DNA of 13,145 nucleotides from Promethearchaeota archaeon (GTDB lineage: Archaea; Asgardarchaeota; Lokiarchaeia; Sigyniarchaeales; SOKP01): positions 1 to 13,145 of the forward strand of contig JAEOTP010000063.1 of NCBI GenBank assembly GCA_016839765.1. The letters run 5' to 3'. Below are positions 1 through 8,153 of the stretch, in pieces (positions within the stretch are counted from its first letter, which is position 1; every line of letters starts with the position of its first letter). The notes under the pieces are model-generated. The model did no database searches. It was not told the DNA's origin and worked only from the letters and a program-made list of their open reading frames with translations. The position numbers and the translations under genes are program-made.

Positions 1-1542
1 CCATCAGATAAAACTATGGAGTTTGGTGGTAGCTTTAATTACGATTTAGATGCTTCTGATCCTTCTAATATTGATACGTGGTGGTTGAATGACACTACAT
101 TCTTCAACATTAATAATGCTGGTCTTATCACTAACAATGGTCCTGTCCCTATCGACGAATATTGGTTAGAAGTGAATGTTAATGATACTTTAGGCAATAA
201 ACTTACGGATACTTTTAAAGTAACTGTACAAGATACAACAGCACCATCTTGGGTTCAAATTCCATCAGATAAAACCATGGAACTTGGTGGTAGTTTTAAT
301 TATGATTTGAATGCTACTGATCTGTCTGGGATAGGAAGTTGGTATTTAAATGATACTATGTATTTCGATATAGATGGAAATGGTGTAATTACCAATAAAG
401 CTTTACTTCCTATCGGTGAATACTGGTTAGAAGTAAATGTTAATGATACTTATGGTAATATACTTACAGATAGATTTAAAATTACCGTAGAAGATACGAC
501 AGCACCATCTTGGGTTCAAGTTCCATCAGATAAAACCATGGAACTTGGTAGTACCTTTAATTATGATTTAAATGCTACTGATCTGTCTGGGATAGGAAGT
601 TGGGATTTAAATGATACTACTAATTTCGATATTGATGGAAGTGGTATAATTACAAACAAAGGTTTGGTAACTGTTGGAGTATATTGGTTAGAAGTAACTG
701 TTGAGGATACTTATAACAATCCCCTTATAGTTAAATTTAAAATTACAGTAGAGGACACTACTCCTCCATCATGGGCACCTGAACCCACTGATCGATATGT
801 TGATTTTGGTGATGGTTTAAATTATGACCTGAATGCCACTGATTTATCTGGAATAGGGAGTTGGGAATTAAATGATACAACTTATTTCAACGTTGATAGT
901 AATGGCGTAATTACTAATATTACTTCTATTAATGTGGGGATCTATTGGTTAGAAGTACGAGTTAATGATACTTTTAATAATCAACGTACCAATGCTCTTA
1001 GAGTTATCGTTCAGGATATAGATGTACCAATTTGGATTCAAATTCCAATGGATCAACTTCTTGAGTATAGCGAAGTTTTTATTTATGATTTGAATGCTTC
1101 TGATGCTTCAGGTATTTATGATTGGTGGCTCAATGATACCACATACTTCAACATTGATGATATTACTGGCGTAATTACGAATAAAGGCTTAGTTCCTGTA
1201 GGTACATACTGGTTGGAAGCTCGAGCTTACGATCCTTATTCTCAATACTGTTTTGCTGAATTCAAAATAACAGTAGAGGATACTATAGCCCCAACATGGG
1301 ATGAAATACCAACAGATCAACCTCTTGATTATAATCAGGCTTTTAACTACGATTTGAATGCTTCTGATGCTTCTGGCATTGACCATTGGTGGCTCAATGA
1401 CACAACTAACTTTGCTATAGATGATATTACTGGTGTGATTACAAATACAACTTTACTTGAAGAGGGTGTATACTGGTTAGAAGTACGAGCGTACGATCCT
1501 TATGGACTTTATTGTTCAAGCATTTTTAAAATAATAGTCGAA
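1..1542 (+). repeat. Intragenic tandem repeats of 261-264 bp: partial 1-231, 232-492, 493-753, 754-1014, 1015-1278, 1279-1542
   Basis: Each unit starts D-T/I-x-x-P-x-W and ends (I/V)x(V)(E/Q). Units 2-4 are 261 bp and units 5-6 are 264 bp. 238-358 and 499-619 differ at only about 6 of 121 nt. Confidence 0.95.
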
Positions 1543-1656
1543 AAGCCAACAATACCACAAGATAACTTCTGGTGGATAATTATACTTGGAAGTTCTGTAG
1601 GAGTTTCTGCGATTGTAGTAATTACAGTTATTGTAGTTAAAAAAAGAAGATCTTAA
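1..1656 (+). CDS. Membrane-anchored surface glycoprotein with tandem cadherin-like (Ig-like) repeats; 5' end lies outside the window
   Basis: Frame is open from base 1 (cca tca gat aaa act = PSDKT, the same motif that precedes M in the internal repeats), so ATG16 is not the true start. Six 87-88 aa repeats carry cadherin-type motifs (NATD, FxIDxxxGxIT, YWLEVxxxD, ITVEDTTAP). C-terminal hydrophobic helix FWWIIILGSSVGVSAIVVITVIVV is followed by KKRRS. 16 N-x-S/T sequons. Confidence 0.85.
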   Translation, partial: PSDKTMEFGGSFNYDLDASDPSNIDTWWLNDTTFFNINNAGLITNNGPVPIDEYWLEVNVNDTLGNKLTDTFKVTVQDTTAPSWVQIPSDKTMELGGSFNYDLNATDLSGIGSWYLNDTMYFDIDGNGVITNKALLPIGEYWLEVNVNDTYGNILTDRFKITVEDTTAPSWVQVPSDKTMELGSTFNYDLNATDLSGIGSWDLNDTTNFDIDGSGIITNKGLVTVGVYWLEVTVEDTYNNPLIVKFKITVEDTTPPSWAPEPTDRYVDFGDGLNYDLNATDLSGIGSWELNDTTYFNVDSNGVITNITSINVGIYWLEVRVNDTFNNQRTNALRVIVQDIDVPIWIQIPMDQLLEYSEVFIYDLNASDASGIYDWWLNDTTYFNIDDITGVITNKGLVPVGTYWLEARAYDPYSQYCFAEFKITVEDTIAPTWDEIPTDQPLDYNQAFNYDLNASDASGIDHWWLNDTTNFAIDDITGVITNTTLLEEGVYWLEVRAYDPYGLYCSSIFKIIVEKPTIPQDNFWWIIILGSSVGVSAIVVITVIVVKKRRS

Positions 1657-1750
1657 AGAGATGGCCGAATAAAAGAAAATCTATTCCGTGAAGGTTAGCA
1701 TTAATTGATTTTAGCTATAAACGAAGCATCATGTAATCATATATTTCTGA

Positions 1751-1894
1751 AGCAACAGATTTAGTAATATATATCAACCAGTATATGATGCCCATGACCA
1801 TTCAGAGATTAACAGAGGATATTTATCTAAAGAAATTATTGAAGTAAAAAAATATGCAGATAAGTTGAATATTCTATATAAACCAGTATCTTAA
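1751..1894 (+). pseudogene. Possible 3' remnant of a PflX-like radical SAM gene
   Basis: Stop-to-stop frame without a start codon reads SNRFSNIYQPVYDAHDHSEINRGYLSKEIIEVKKYADKLNILYKPVS*. This resembles the PflX C-terminus (NIMxQYxPxYxAxxxxEINRxxxxxExxxxxxYAxxLG). Confidence 0.4.
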
Positions 1895-2005
1895 GACTTT
1901 TTAGATTCATATAATTTATAACACATTATAGTAAAATCTAAAAATTATAAATTATTTTAAAAATCAACTACTTATTAAATATTTTTGATTTGAGACTGAT
2001 TTCAT

Positions 2006-3097
2006 ATGAGCTTAAAATTAGAAGACGTTAAAGGCTTAGGTAAAAAAGCTGAAAATCTTAAAGAAGCAGGTATTGATTCTGTTGAAAAGCTAGCAAATAT
2101 TAAAATGGAAGATTTGCTAGAAATCAAAGGGATAGGGAAAGCTTCTGCTCAAAAGTTTATCGATAACGCAAAATCCTTGCTTAAAAAAGATCAAGAAAGT
2201 GAAGCCTCAATAGTTAAAGATGAAGAGAAATTGGAAGAAAAAGCAATTGAGGAAGAATTAAGGAAGAAAGAAGAAAGGCGCGAAAAACTTCAGGGAAAAA
2301 GTATCGAGCAAGGAGATTTTATTTTAGTGAAAATTACTGGAAAAACTCAGAAGGGTACAGTTTTTCAAGTTTCTTCCGAGGAGGATGCTAAAAAAGCAGG
2401 CATTTATGACGAACAAAAGGCAAAACAAGGATATTTTACCCCTGAGTTTGTAATTGCTGGTAAACCAGGTTTTCTTAATGAGGGGCTAACAGAAATAATT
2501 GAAACTATGAAATTTTTTGAAAAAAAATCCGTTAGAATTCCTCCAACAAAAGCTTTTGGCAAAAGAGATCCCCAAAAAATTGAGAGAATCGGTATTGCGA
2601 AATTTCGAAAATTAAATGAAGGAAAAAATCCAGAAATAGGGCAAGAATTTATCAAAAAAGGTACTGGTCAAAGAGGTGTGGTTAGTAATGTTGTCCAAGG
2701 AAGAGTTATAGTAGATTATAATCATCCATTAGCAGGCCAATCTGTTGATTATAATTTAGAAGTTGTAGATAAAATTGAACAATTTAATGAAAAAATTGAG
2801 TACTTTATGATATCTAAAGGGATTCCTAAACAAAATGCTTCAGAATTTAAAATTAAATATAGCAAAGATGATAAATCTCTTGATATTACAATACCAAAAA
2901 CGTTTCTATTCCAAAATTTAACCTATCTGAAGTTTGGTTTGGCTTATGATTTACAGACTCATATGTCAGATGATATTAATGATGTTAAATTCATCGAAAT
3001 ATATGAAAAAATGCCTATTCCCGCAACTCCTGAAGAATCAGTACAAGAGAAGATAGAGGAATATAATAAAGAACATGAACATAATCACGAGCATTAA
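2006..3097 (+). CDS. slyD: Archaeal long-type FKBP peptidyl-prolyl isomerase/chaperone (SlyD family) with N-terminal helix-hairpin-helix domain and short His-rich tail
   Basis: GDFILVKITGK, IPPTKAFGKRD, IF-domain-like insert, VDYNHPLAGQSVDYNLEVV and the archaeal C-terminal extension. N-terminal LEDVKGLG...LLEIKGIG is a tandem HhH. Ends EHEHNHEH. Confidence 0.9.
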   Translation: MSLKLEDVKGLGKKAENLKEAGIDSVEKLANIKMEDLLEIKGIGKASAQKFIDNAKSLLKKDQESEASIVKDEEKLEEKAIEEELRKKEERREKLQGKSIEQGDFILVKITGKTQKGTVFQVSSEEDAKKAGIYDEQKAKQGYFTPEFVIAGKPGFLNEGLTEIIETMKFFEKKSVRIPPTKAFGKRDPQKIERIGIAKFRKLNEGKNPEIGQEFIKKGTGQRGVVSNVVQGRVIVDYNHPLAGQSVDYNLEVVDKIEQFNEKIEYFMISKGIPKQNASEFKIKYSKDDKSLDITIPKTFLFQNLTYLKFGLAYDLQTHMSDDINDVKFIEIYEKMPIPATPEESVQEKIEEYNKEHEHNHEH

Positions 3098-3136
3098 TAA
3101 TTCATTTTTCTTAAAAAACATAAAATAGTTTAGGTT

Positions 3137-4132
3137 TTAATCGACTTTAATTTTCTTAATAAGTTCTTCTTTTTTCTTCTTCTTATCCTGTTTGTATTTT
3201 TGCTTTTTCTCTTTATATTCCACTCTTCTCCTTTGAAATTCTAATCTTTTTTTTAAGGATTTTTTCTTACTATAATTCTTCTTTAGATACTCTTTTTTAG
3301 CTTTTTTATACTCTTTTTTAGCTTTTTTATACTCTTTTTTTGTCTTTTTATATTTTTCATATTTTTTTTTAATTTCCCTTCTAAGATTAGGGTTGATTTT
3401 TTGAATTCCAAGATTATTCAATTGTTCTTTAAATTTTTCAAAGGATTCAAATCTCAAAACAATTATACCTAATTCATGAGCAGGAATTAAATTTCTGATT
3501 TTATCATCAATAAATACACATGTTTTAGGTTTTGCATCTAATTTCTTCAGAACATGCTTATACTTTTCCATATCTGGTTTAATTAAACCTAATTCATTGG
3601 ATAAGAAGATATGATCAAACATATCATAAAATCCTCTTAATTCATTCGATTTTACATGAATATCATGTGTATTTGACATTAAACTTACGACATATCCTGC
3701 TTTATGTAATCTTTCAACGATTTCAGCCATATCTGAAGATAAATGAGTAACTTTTGTGTAAAGATTAAACCATAGTTCTAAGTAATATGCAAGATTTACT
3801 TTTTTAGAAGGTAAAGCACCGTATTCTGTTTGAAATGGATAATAATACTTCTCTAAAACTTTTTCTAAAAATTCGTCTGAAGAAAATATACCTGAACTTA
3901 ATCTCCGTTTTAATTTTCTTAAGTAAGGAGTTTCTTCAATCTTAGGAATTTTAATGCTTAAATCATATTCAAGTAATTCCAATAAATTTTTAAGAACAAA
4001 GGTTTTTTCTATTAAAACACCTCCAAAATCGAAGATGAAATGTTTAATTTTGTATAATCTTACTTTTTGTTTTGTTAAACTCTTATCTGAGATTTTTATT
4101 TCTGGAATCTTAATATCATTGTGGTATTTCAT
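3137..4132 (-). CDS. HAD-superfamily (IA, YihX-like) phosphatase with C-terminal lysine-rich coiled-coil
   Basis: Motif I FIFDFGGVL, motif II LMSNT, motif III GLIKPD, motif IV VFIDD. The last 81 aa contain 36 K and 6 R. ATG overlaps the upstream TGA (ATGA, 4129-4132). Confidence 0.9.
   Translation of the reverse strand: MKYHNDIKIPEIKISDKSLTKQKVRLYKIKHFIFDFGGVLIEKTFVLKNLLELLEYDLSIKIPKIEETPYLRKLKRRLSSGIFSSDEFLEKVLEKYYYPFQTEYGALPSKKVNLAYYLELWFNLYTKVTHLSSDMAEIVERLHKAGYVVSLMSNTHDIHVKSNELRGFYDMFDHIFLSNELGLIKPDMEKYKHVLKKLDAKPKTCVFIDDKIRNLIPAHELGIIVLRFESFEKFKEQLNNLGIQKINPNLRREIKKKYEKYKKTKKEYKKAKKEYKKAKKEYLKKNYSKKKSLKKRLEFQRRRVEYKEKKQKYKQDKKKKKEELIKKIKVD
3288..3350 (-). repeat. 21-bp tandem repeat x3 encoding the heptad K(A/T)KKEYK in the HAD tail
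   Basis: + strand unit tactcttttttagctttttta is identical at 3288-3308 and 3309-3329, with an 18/21 match at 3330-3350. Confidence 0.9.
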
Positions 4133-4935
4133 TTTTTAGATTTAATAATTTGTTTATTTATTATCATTTCATATCTCTTTATTATTATATCCCCTATTCT
4201 TGAAACAGGATCTTCTTTACACTTCCAATTGGAAAACTCAGGAAAACTTCCTACATCTACTATATATAACTTATTGGTTGTTGTTTCTCTAACAATATCT
4301 AAATGACCAAATAAGAGGTTATATTTCTTTTTCCATTTTAAAACAATATCTCTGATATCTGAAGGAGTTTTAATTAATATAACAGAAGCATGTTCATCTA
4401 CTAACGGTTTTTTTTCACAGATACATATGTTATCATTAATAAAATATGCTATATAATGTATTCCAACGATTAATTTCTCAAGGTAAAATATATTGTTATT
4501 ATCTTTCTTAAAATCTCTAAATGAATTGATTAATTTAACTCCTCTGCTACCTGATCCCATAATTGGTTTTGATATTAATGGGAAAAATGATTTATCTAAT
4601 TCTTGTTTTATAGCTTCAAATTTTCCTAAAAAGATCTGAGGTGAATTGAATCCTAATGATTTTATTAAGAAGGATGCTTCAATTCTATGTTTACATTTAA
4701 AAGATATCTTAGTATTTGGTATGACAGGTATATTATTTGCTTCTAAAAAATAACCTGCATAAAGCAACTGCAATTTTTTTGACTTTAAAATAAAAAAATC
4801 ATTTTCTATTAACGAATCATTAATGGATAGATTCATATTTGTGTAAATTTTTACATTATAACCTTTCTGTTCATAATAACTTCTTATCTTTGCTGTAAAA
4901 TTTGTAGTCCGCTTCGATAATATCCCTATATTCAA
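4129..4935 (-). CDS. ATP-grasp protein, degenerate ITPK1-like paralogue
   Basis: FPLISKPIMGSGSRGVKLI, FYLEKLI, FGHLDIV, YIVDVGSFPEF. TTG start with SD-like GGAGGGTG upstream. Confidence 0.75.
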   Translation of the reverse strand: MNIGILSKRTTNFTAKIRSYYEQKGYNVKIYTNMNLSINDSLIENDFFILKSKKLQLLYAGYFLEANNIPVIPNTKISFKCKHRIEASFLIKSLGFNSPQIFLGKFEAIKQELDKSFFPLISKPIMGSGSRGVKLINSFRDFKKDNNNIFYLEKLIVGIHYIAYFINDNICICEKKPLVDEHASVILIKTPSDIRDIVLKWKKKYNLLFGHLDIVRETTTNKLYIVDVGSFPEFSNWKCKEDPVSRIGDIIIKRYEMIINKQIIKSKK

Positions 4936-4940
4936 AACTA

Positions 4941-4950
4941 CACCCTCCTA
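4941..4950 (-). promoter_or_regulatory. Shine-Dalgarno-like site overlapping the upstream stop codon
   Basis: Minus strand reads TAGGAGGGTG, then 5 nt, then the TTG start at 4935; the TAG is the stop codon of 4948..5766. Confidence 0.7.
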
Positions 4951-5766
4951 TTTTTTTGCTTGCTCAATTAAATAATCCCCTACTATCTTTGGACCATTTT
5001 TAATATAATTAAAATTAGGTGTCGAGTTAACATCAGAGACATAATAAACATTATCTTTTGATTTTAAGAAATCTACAGAAGTTATTTTTAAATCAAGTAA
5101 GCGTTTGATCTGAATTACCTTATCTCTTAATTCAGGTATCGGATTGATTTCTATCCTGGATTTCATTTTATCTGGATTTATTAAGACAGGTATTTGTTTA
5201 TAGAAGTAAAAATCCTCTCCAATGCTATATACTTTAAATTCCCACTTACTTTTTATGAATTTTTGATAATAAAAGAATTGGTACTTTTCTTTTCCCTTAA
5301 TTGCTTCATTTAAAGCTCTTTCATCACTAACTTGGAGATGACCATTTACTTTTCGTATTTTTGGTTTTAAAGCATAATTCTTTTGATCAATAACATTTTT
5401 TATAATATAATCTTTAAAGGGAGGTTGAATTCCAATAGGATTAATACTGAAATCTGGAACCTCAATTCCCGCTTTTTTTAATAAGACACTACTTAAGAAT
5501 CTATCAAAACATAACCATATTGCCTTTGAAGAATTTATAACTGGAATCGAAGTTTCATTTTCAATTAACTTAACTAGATTTAATAATAATTCTCCCTTCC
5601 CTTTTACAAAAAAAATATCTTCATTAAAATTTAATTCTGAAAGATCTAATAAATGCGATTCTTCAAGATAAATAGATACATCAGCAATTGTTTTCAGATA
5701 CCGTAAAAACTCATTTACTTTTTTTTCTAAATGGTATTTATCAATAATTAACCCTATTTTAATCAA
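4948..5766 (-). CDS. ATP-grasp protein, ITPK1-like inositol phosphate kinase candidate
   Basis: PVINS...CFDR, YYQKFIKSKWEFKVYSIG, TSVDFL, YYVSDVNSTPNF. Has KVY and DxN rather than the RimK DxR and ExN. TTG start. Confidence 0.75.
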   Translation of the reverse strand: MIKIGLIIDKYHLEKKVNEFLRYLKTIADVSIYLEESHLLDLSELNFNEDIFFVKGKGELLLNLVKLIENETSIPVINSSKAIWLCFDRFLSSVLLKKAGIEVPDFSINPIGIQPPFKDYIIKNVIDQKNYALKPKIRKVNGHLQVSDERALNEAIKGKEKYQFFYYQKFIKSKWEFKVYSIGEDFYFYKQIPVLINPDKMKSRIEINPIPELRDKVIQIKRLLDLKITSVDFLKSKDNVYYVSDVNSTPNFNYIKNGPKIVGDYLIEQAKK

Positions 5767-5974
5767 ATGATTTACCTTGTCAATACTTTATTCAATAAAA
5801 TTTGACATATCTATTAACTAATTATATGACATTATTTTAATATAAATAAGTCTAAACGGATAATAAATTTAGATATTAAAAGGGATTTATGTGTTTAGAA
5901 TTTGTTTTTTAAAATCAATATATTTATATAATATAATTTGTTTTTTAGAATTTAACTCAATAGGGATTTTGACA

Positions 5975-6889
5975 ATGGCTAATAATATCAAAAGGATCTA
6001 TATTGGAGCCATTTGTAACAGAGATTTTGAGGTTTTAGAGCAATTAAAGAAATTTTTGCTAAAAAATTACAATATTGTTATTTTAGATCTTTTAAAAAAA
6101 GCATCTAATTCATTTGATATTAAATATTTTAAAAGAACATTGAAAAAATATCCTATATCATTGTTAATTATAAAACTCACAACTCAAAAATTAAATGAAG
6201 AAATTTATAATTCAGTTAAAGAGATTGCACCAAACGTTCAAATCCTTAATTCCTTAAAATCTGTTCAGACTTGTGAAAGTCGTAAAGAAACTTTTAAGTT
6301 AATTACTCAGAAGTGTAAGAAATTAACTATTCCTAAAACATATTTTTCATCCAAAGAAGCTTTTAAGGCCTGTATGAATGGAGAAAGAATTATTGTTAAA
6401 TTAGACGATCATAATATCCCTGATCTTCCAAAAAATGATAGAATAATTGGTATTGCTAGTAATATTAATGAATTAATGGAAATAATGAAAGATTACAATG
6501 AAAAAGATTTGTTTTTTCAAGAGTATTTAGGTAGATTTGACATAATCTATAAAGTATATATTATTGGAAGATGGATGGTTTCAATAACTTCACATAATAG
6601 ATTACAAGATAATGATAACTTAAGCCCCTTAGAGTTAATCCATATAAGAGTTCCGATAGATAAGCAATTTAAAAGCAGAATAAAAAGATTAGGCAGAAAA
6701 TTTGGAATGTCTGTGTTTGGTTTGGATTATATTTTGACTGAAGAAGGTCCATATATAATAGACATTAATGATTTTCCAAGTTTTAGAAGCATTCCAGAAG
6801 CTATTAGCTTAATCTCTGACCATATCTATAACATGATTTTATTGCGAGAACAATATTATCAAACATTAGCTAAAGTTAAAGTAAAATAA
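5975..6889 (+). CDS. ATP-grasp ITPK1-like inositol phosphate kinase (start reassigned from GTG5891 to ATG5975)
   Basis: LLIIKL, FFQEYL...IYKVYIIG and SVFGLDYI...YIIDINDFPSF match the ITPK1 pattern QxFI...YKVFVVG...LFGIDII...IDINxFPGY. The first 28 codons of the listed ORF look like AT-rich intergenic DNA. Confidence 0.8.
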   Translation: MANNIKRIYIGAICNRDFEVLEQLKKFLLKNYNIVILDLLKKASNSFDIKYFKRTLKKYPISLLIIKLTTQKLNEEIYNSVKEIAPNVQILNSLKSVQTCESRKETFKLITQKCKKLTIPKTYFSSKEAFKACMNGERIIVKLDDHNIPDLPKNDRIIGIASNINELMEIMKDYNEKDLFFQEYLGRFDIIYKVYIIGRWMVSITSHNRLQDNDNLSPLELIHIRVPIDKQFKSRIKRLGRKFGMSVFGLDYILTEEGPYIIDINDFPSFRSIPEAISLISDHIYNMILLREQYYQTLAKVKVK

Positions 6890-6900
6890 TTAAGCTTTAC

Positions 6901-7989
6901 TTATCTTTCTCGTTCATTTTGTAAAAATTCAATCAATCTTTTTTTAGCAATATGGTCCTCTAATTGTTCAGGAGGATGTTTAGCAAAAAAAGAGCAAGCA
7001 GACTCTAAAACACCTCCAATTTTTCTATCTTTGGCAATCTTACTTACACGAATACAATCTGTAATCACCCCAGCAGAATTATTTCCATCTTCTACAAACA
7101 TAGTAATATCTATTCTTACTGGAGCACCACCAAAAATGCGTCCCTCAAGTCTCATGTATGCTTCCTTCTGGTTCTTTAAAAATGGGATATAATCAACTGC
7201 CGAAATTTGGCAATCTACAACGTCTTTGTTTGGTAAATTGGCGATAACGGATTCTGTTTTAGACTGTCGTTTTCCCTCATCATATCTTAATGTACCGTTT
7301 TTCATAGGAGTTAATAAATTACAAAAATCACTTGAACCCCCCCAATCAAGTTGTAATGTACGGTCCAATATTGCTCCCCTCATAGGAAAAAGATTTGCGA
7401 GTGATCTATGTATGATGGTTGCCCCTATTTGGGATTTTACATCATCGCCTATTAAAGAAAGATTCAGTTTTTCCGCTCTTTCAACAATGTCATGATCTTT
7501 AACAACATGAGAGGGCATTCCATTAACTATACATGCACCAGCTTCAAGGGCCGCCATTACATAATATTTTACTGCTTTATGACTTCCTGTAGGTAATAAT
7601 ATGACAATAACATCGACATTTCTATTTTTTATTTCATTTACAATATCATTAGGTTCTTGATCATCAACTGGAACAATATTTTTAATATTACTCTCAAGAC
7701 CATCCATAATAGGGCCTTTTATTACTGGAGCATCCAAGAACTTAGGTTCAAACACTTTCATATTACAATTAGGTTCTACAAATATTGCTTCACTCAAGTC
7801 TTTTCCAACCTTATCAGAATTAACATCTATCCCAAGAACAAAAGTGATATCATTAATACTATATTGTGTGATTTCAGGTAATATTCCTATGATTTTGTCG
7901 GGATTTTGTTTATATTTTTCAACACCTTGTACTGTAGCTGAGGCAACATCTCCACAGCCAACAATAGCAACGTTGATTTTTTTTGCCAT
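6901..7989 (-). CDS. ino1: myo-Inositol-3(1)-phosphate synthase (MIPS/INO1), prokaryotic type (start reassigned to ATG7989)
   Basis: MAKKINVAIVGCG Rossmann start, KVGKDLSEAIF, LLPTGS, GDDVKSQIGATIIHR, KRQSK, DYIPFLKNQKEAY, EDGNNSAG, FFAKHPP. Confidence 0.93.
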   Translation of the reverse strand: MAKKINVAIVGCGDVASATVQGVEKYKQNPDKIIGILPEITQYSINDITFVLGIDVNSDKVGKDLSEAIFVEPNCNMKVFEPKFLDAPVIKGPIMDGLESNIKNIVPVDDQEPNDIVNEIKNRNVDVIVILLPTGSHKAVKYYVMAALEAGACIVNGMPSHVVKDHDIVERAEKLNLSLIGDDVKSQIGATIIHRSLANLFPMRGAILDRTLQLDWGGSSDFCNLLTPMKNGTLRYDEGKRQSKTESVIANLPNKDVVDCQISAVDYIPFLKNQKEAYMRLEGRIFGGAPVRIDITMFVEDGNNSAGVITDCIRVSKIAKDRKIGGVLESACSFFAKHPPEQLEDHIAKKRLIEFLQNERER

Positions 7990-8153
7990 TATATTTTCTA
8001 TAATAAAATGATAATATTTAAGTGATTTTAAAATACCATAAAGATTTAATATCAATTTATTCGAATATAATAGAGAAACTAATTATTGATTTTGGTTCTT
8101 TTCTTTTTTGTAAATTGATTTGAAATTAAAATTATTAAATTTAAAAATATTAA

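Noticed and set aside
238-619. Near-identical 121-nt pair as a diversity-generating retroelement TR/VR or as CRISPR repeats
   Set aside because: The mismatches are not adenine-specific, both copies are in-frame domain repeats, and there is no reverse transcriptase, cas gene or spacer structure.
5891-5974. N-terminal extension of the + strand ATP-grasp ORF (likewise 7990-8055 for MIPS)
   Set aside because: These are AT-rich intergenic-like codons before an ATG that matches the expected family N-terminus.
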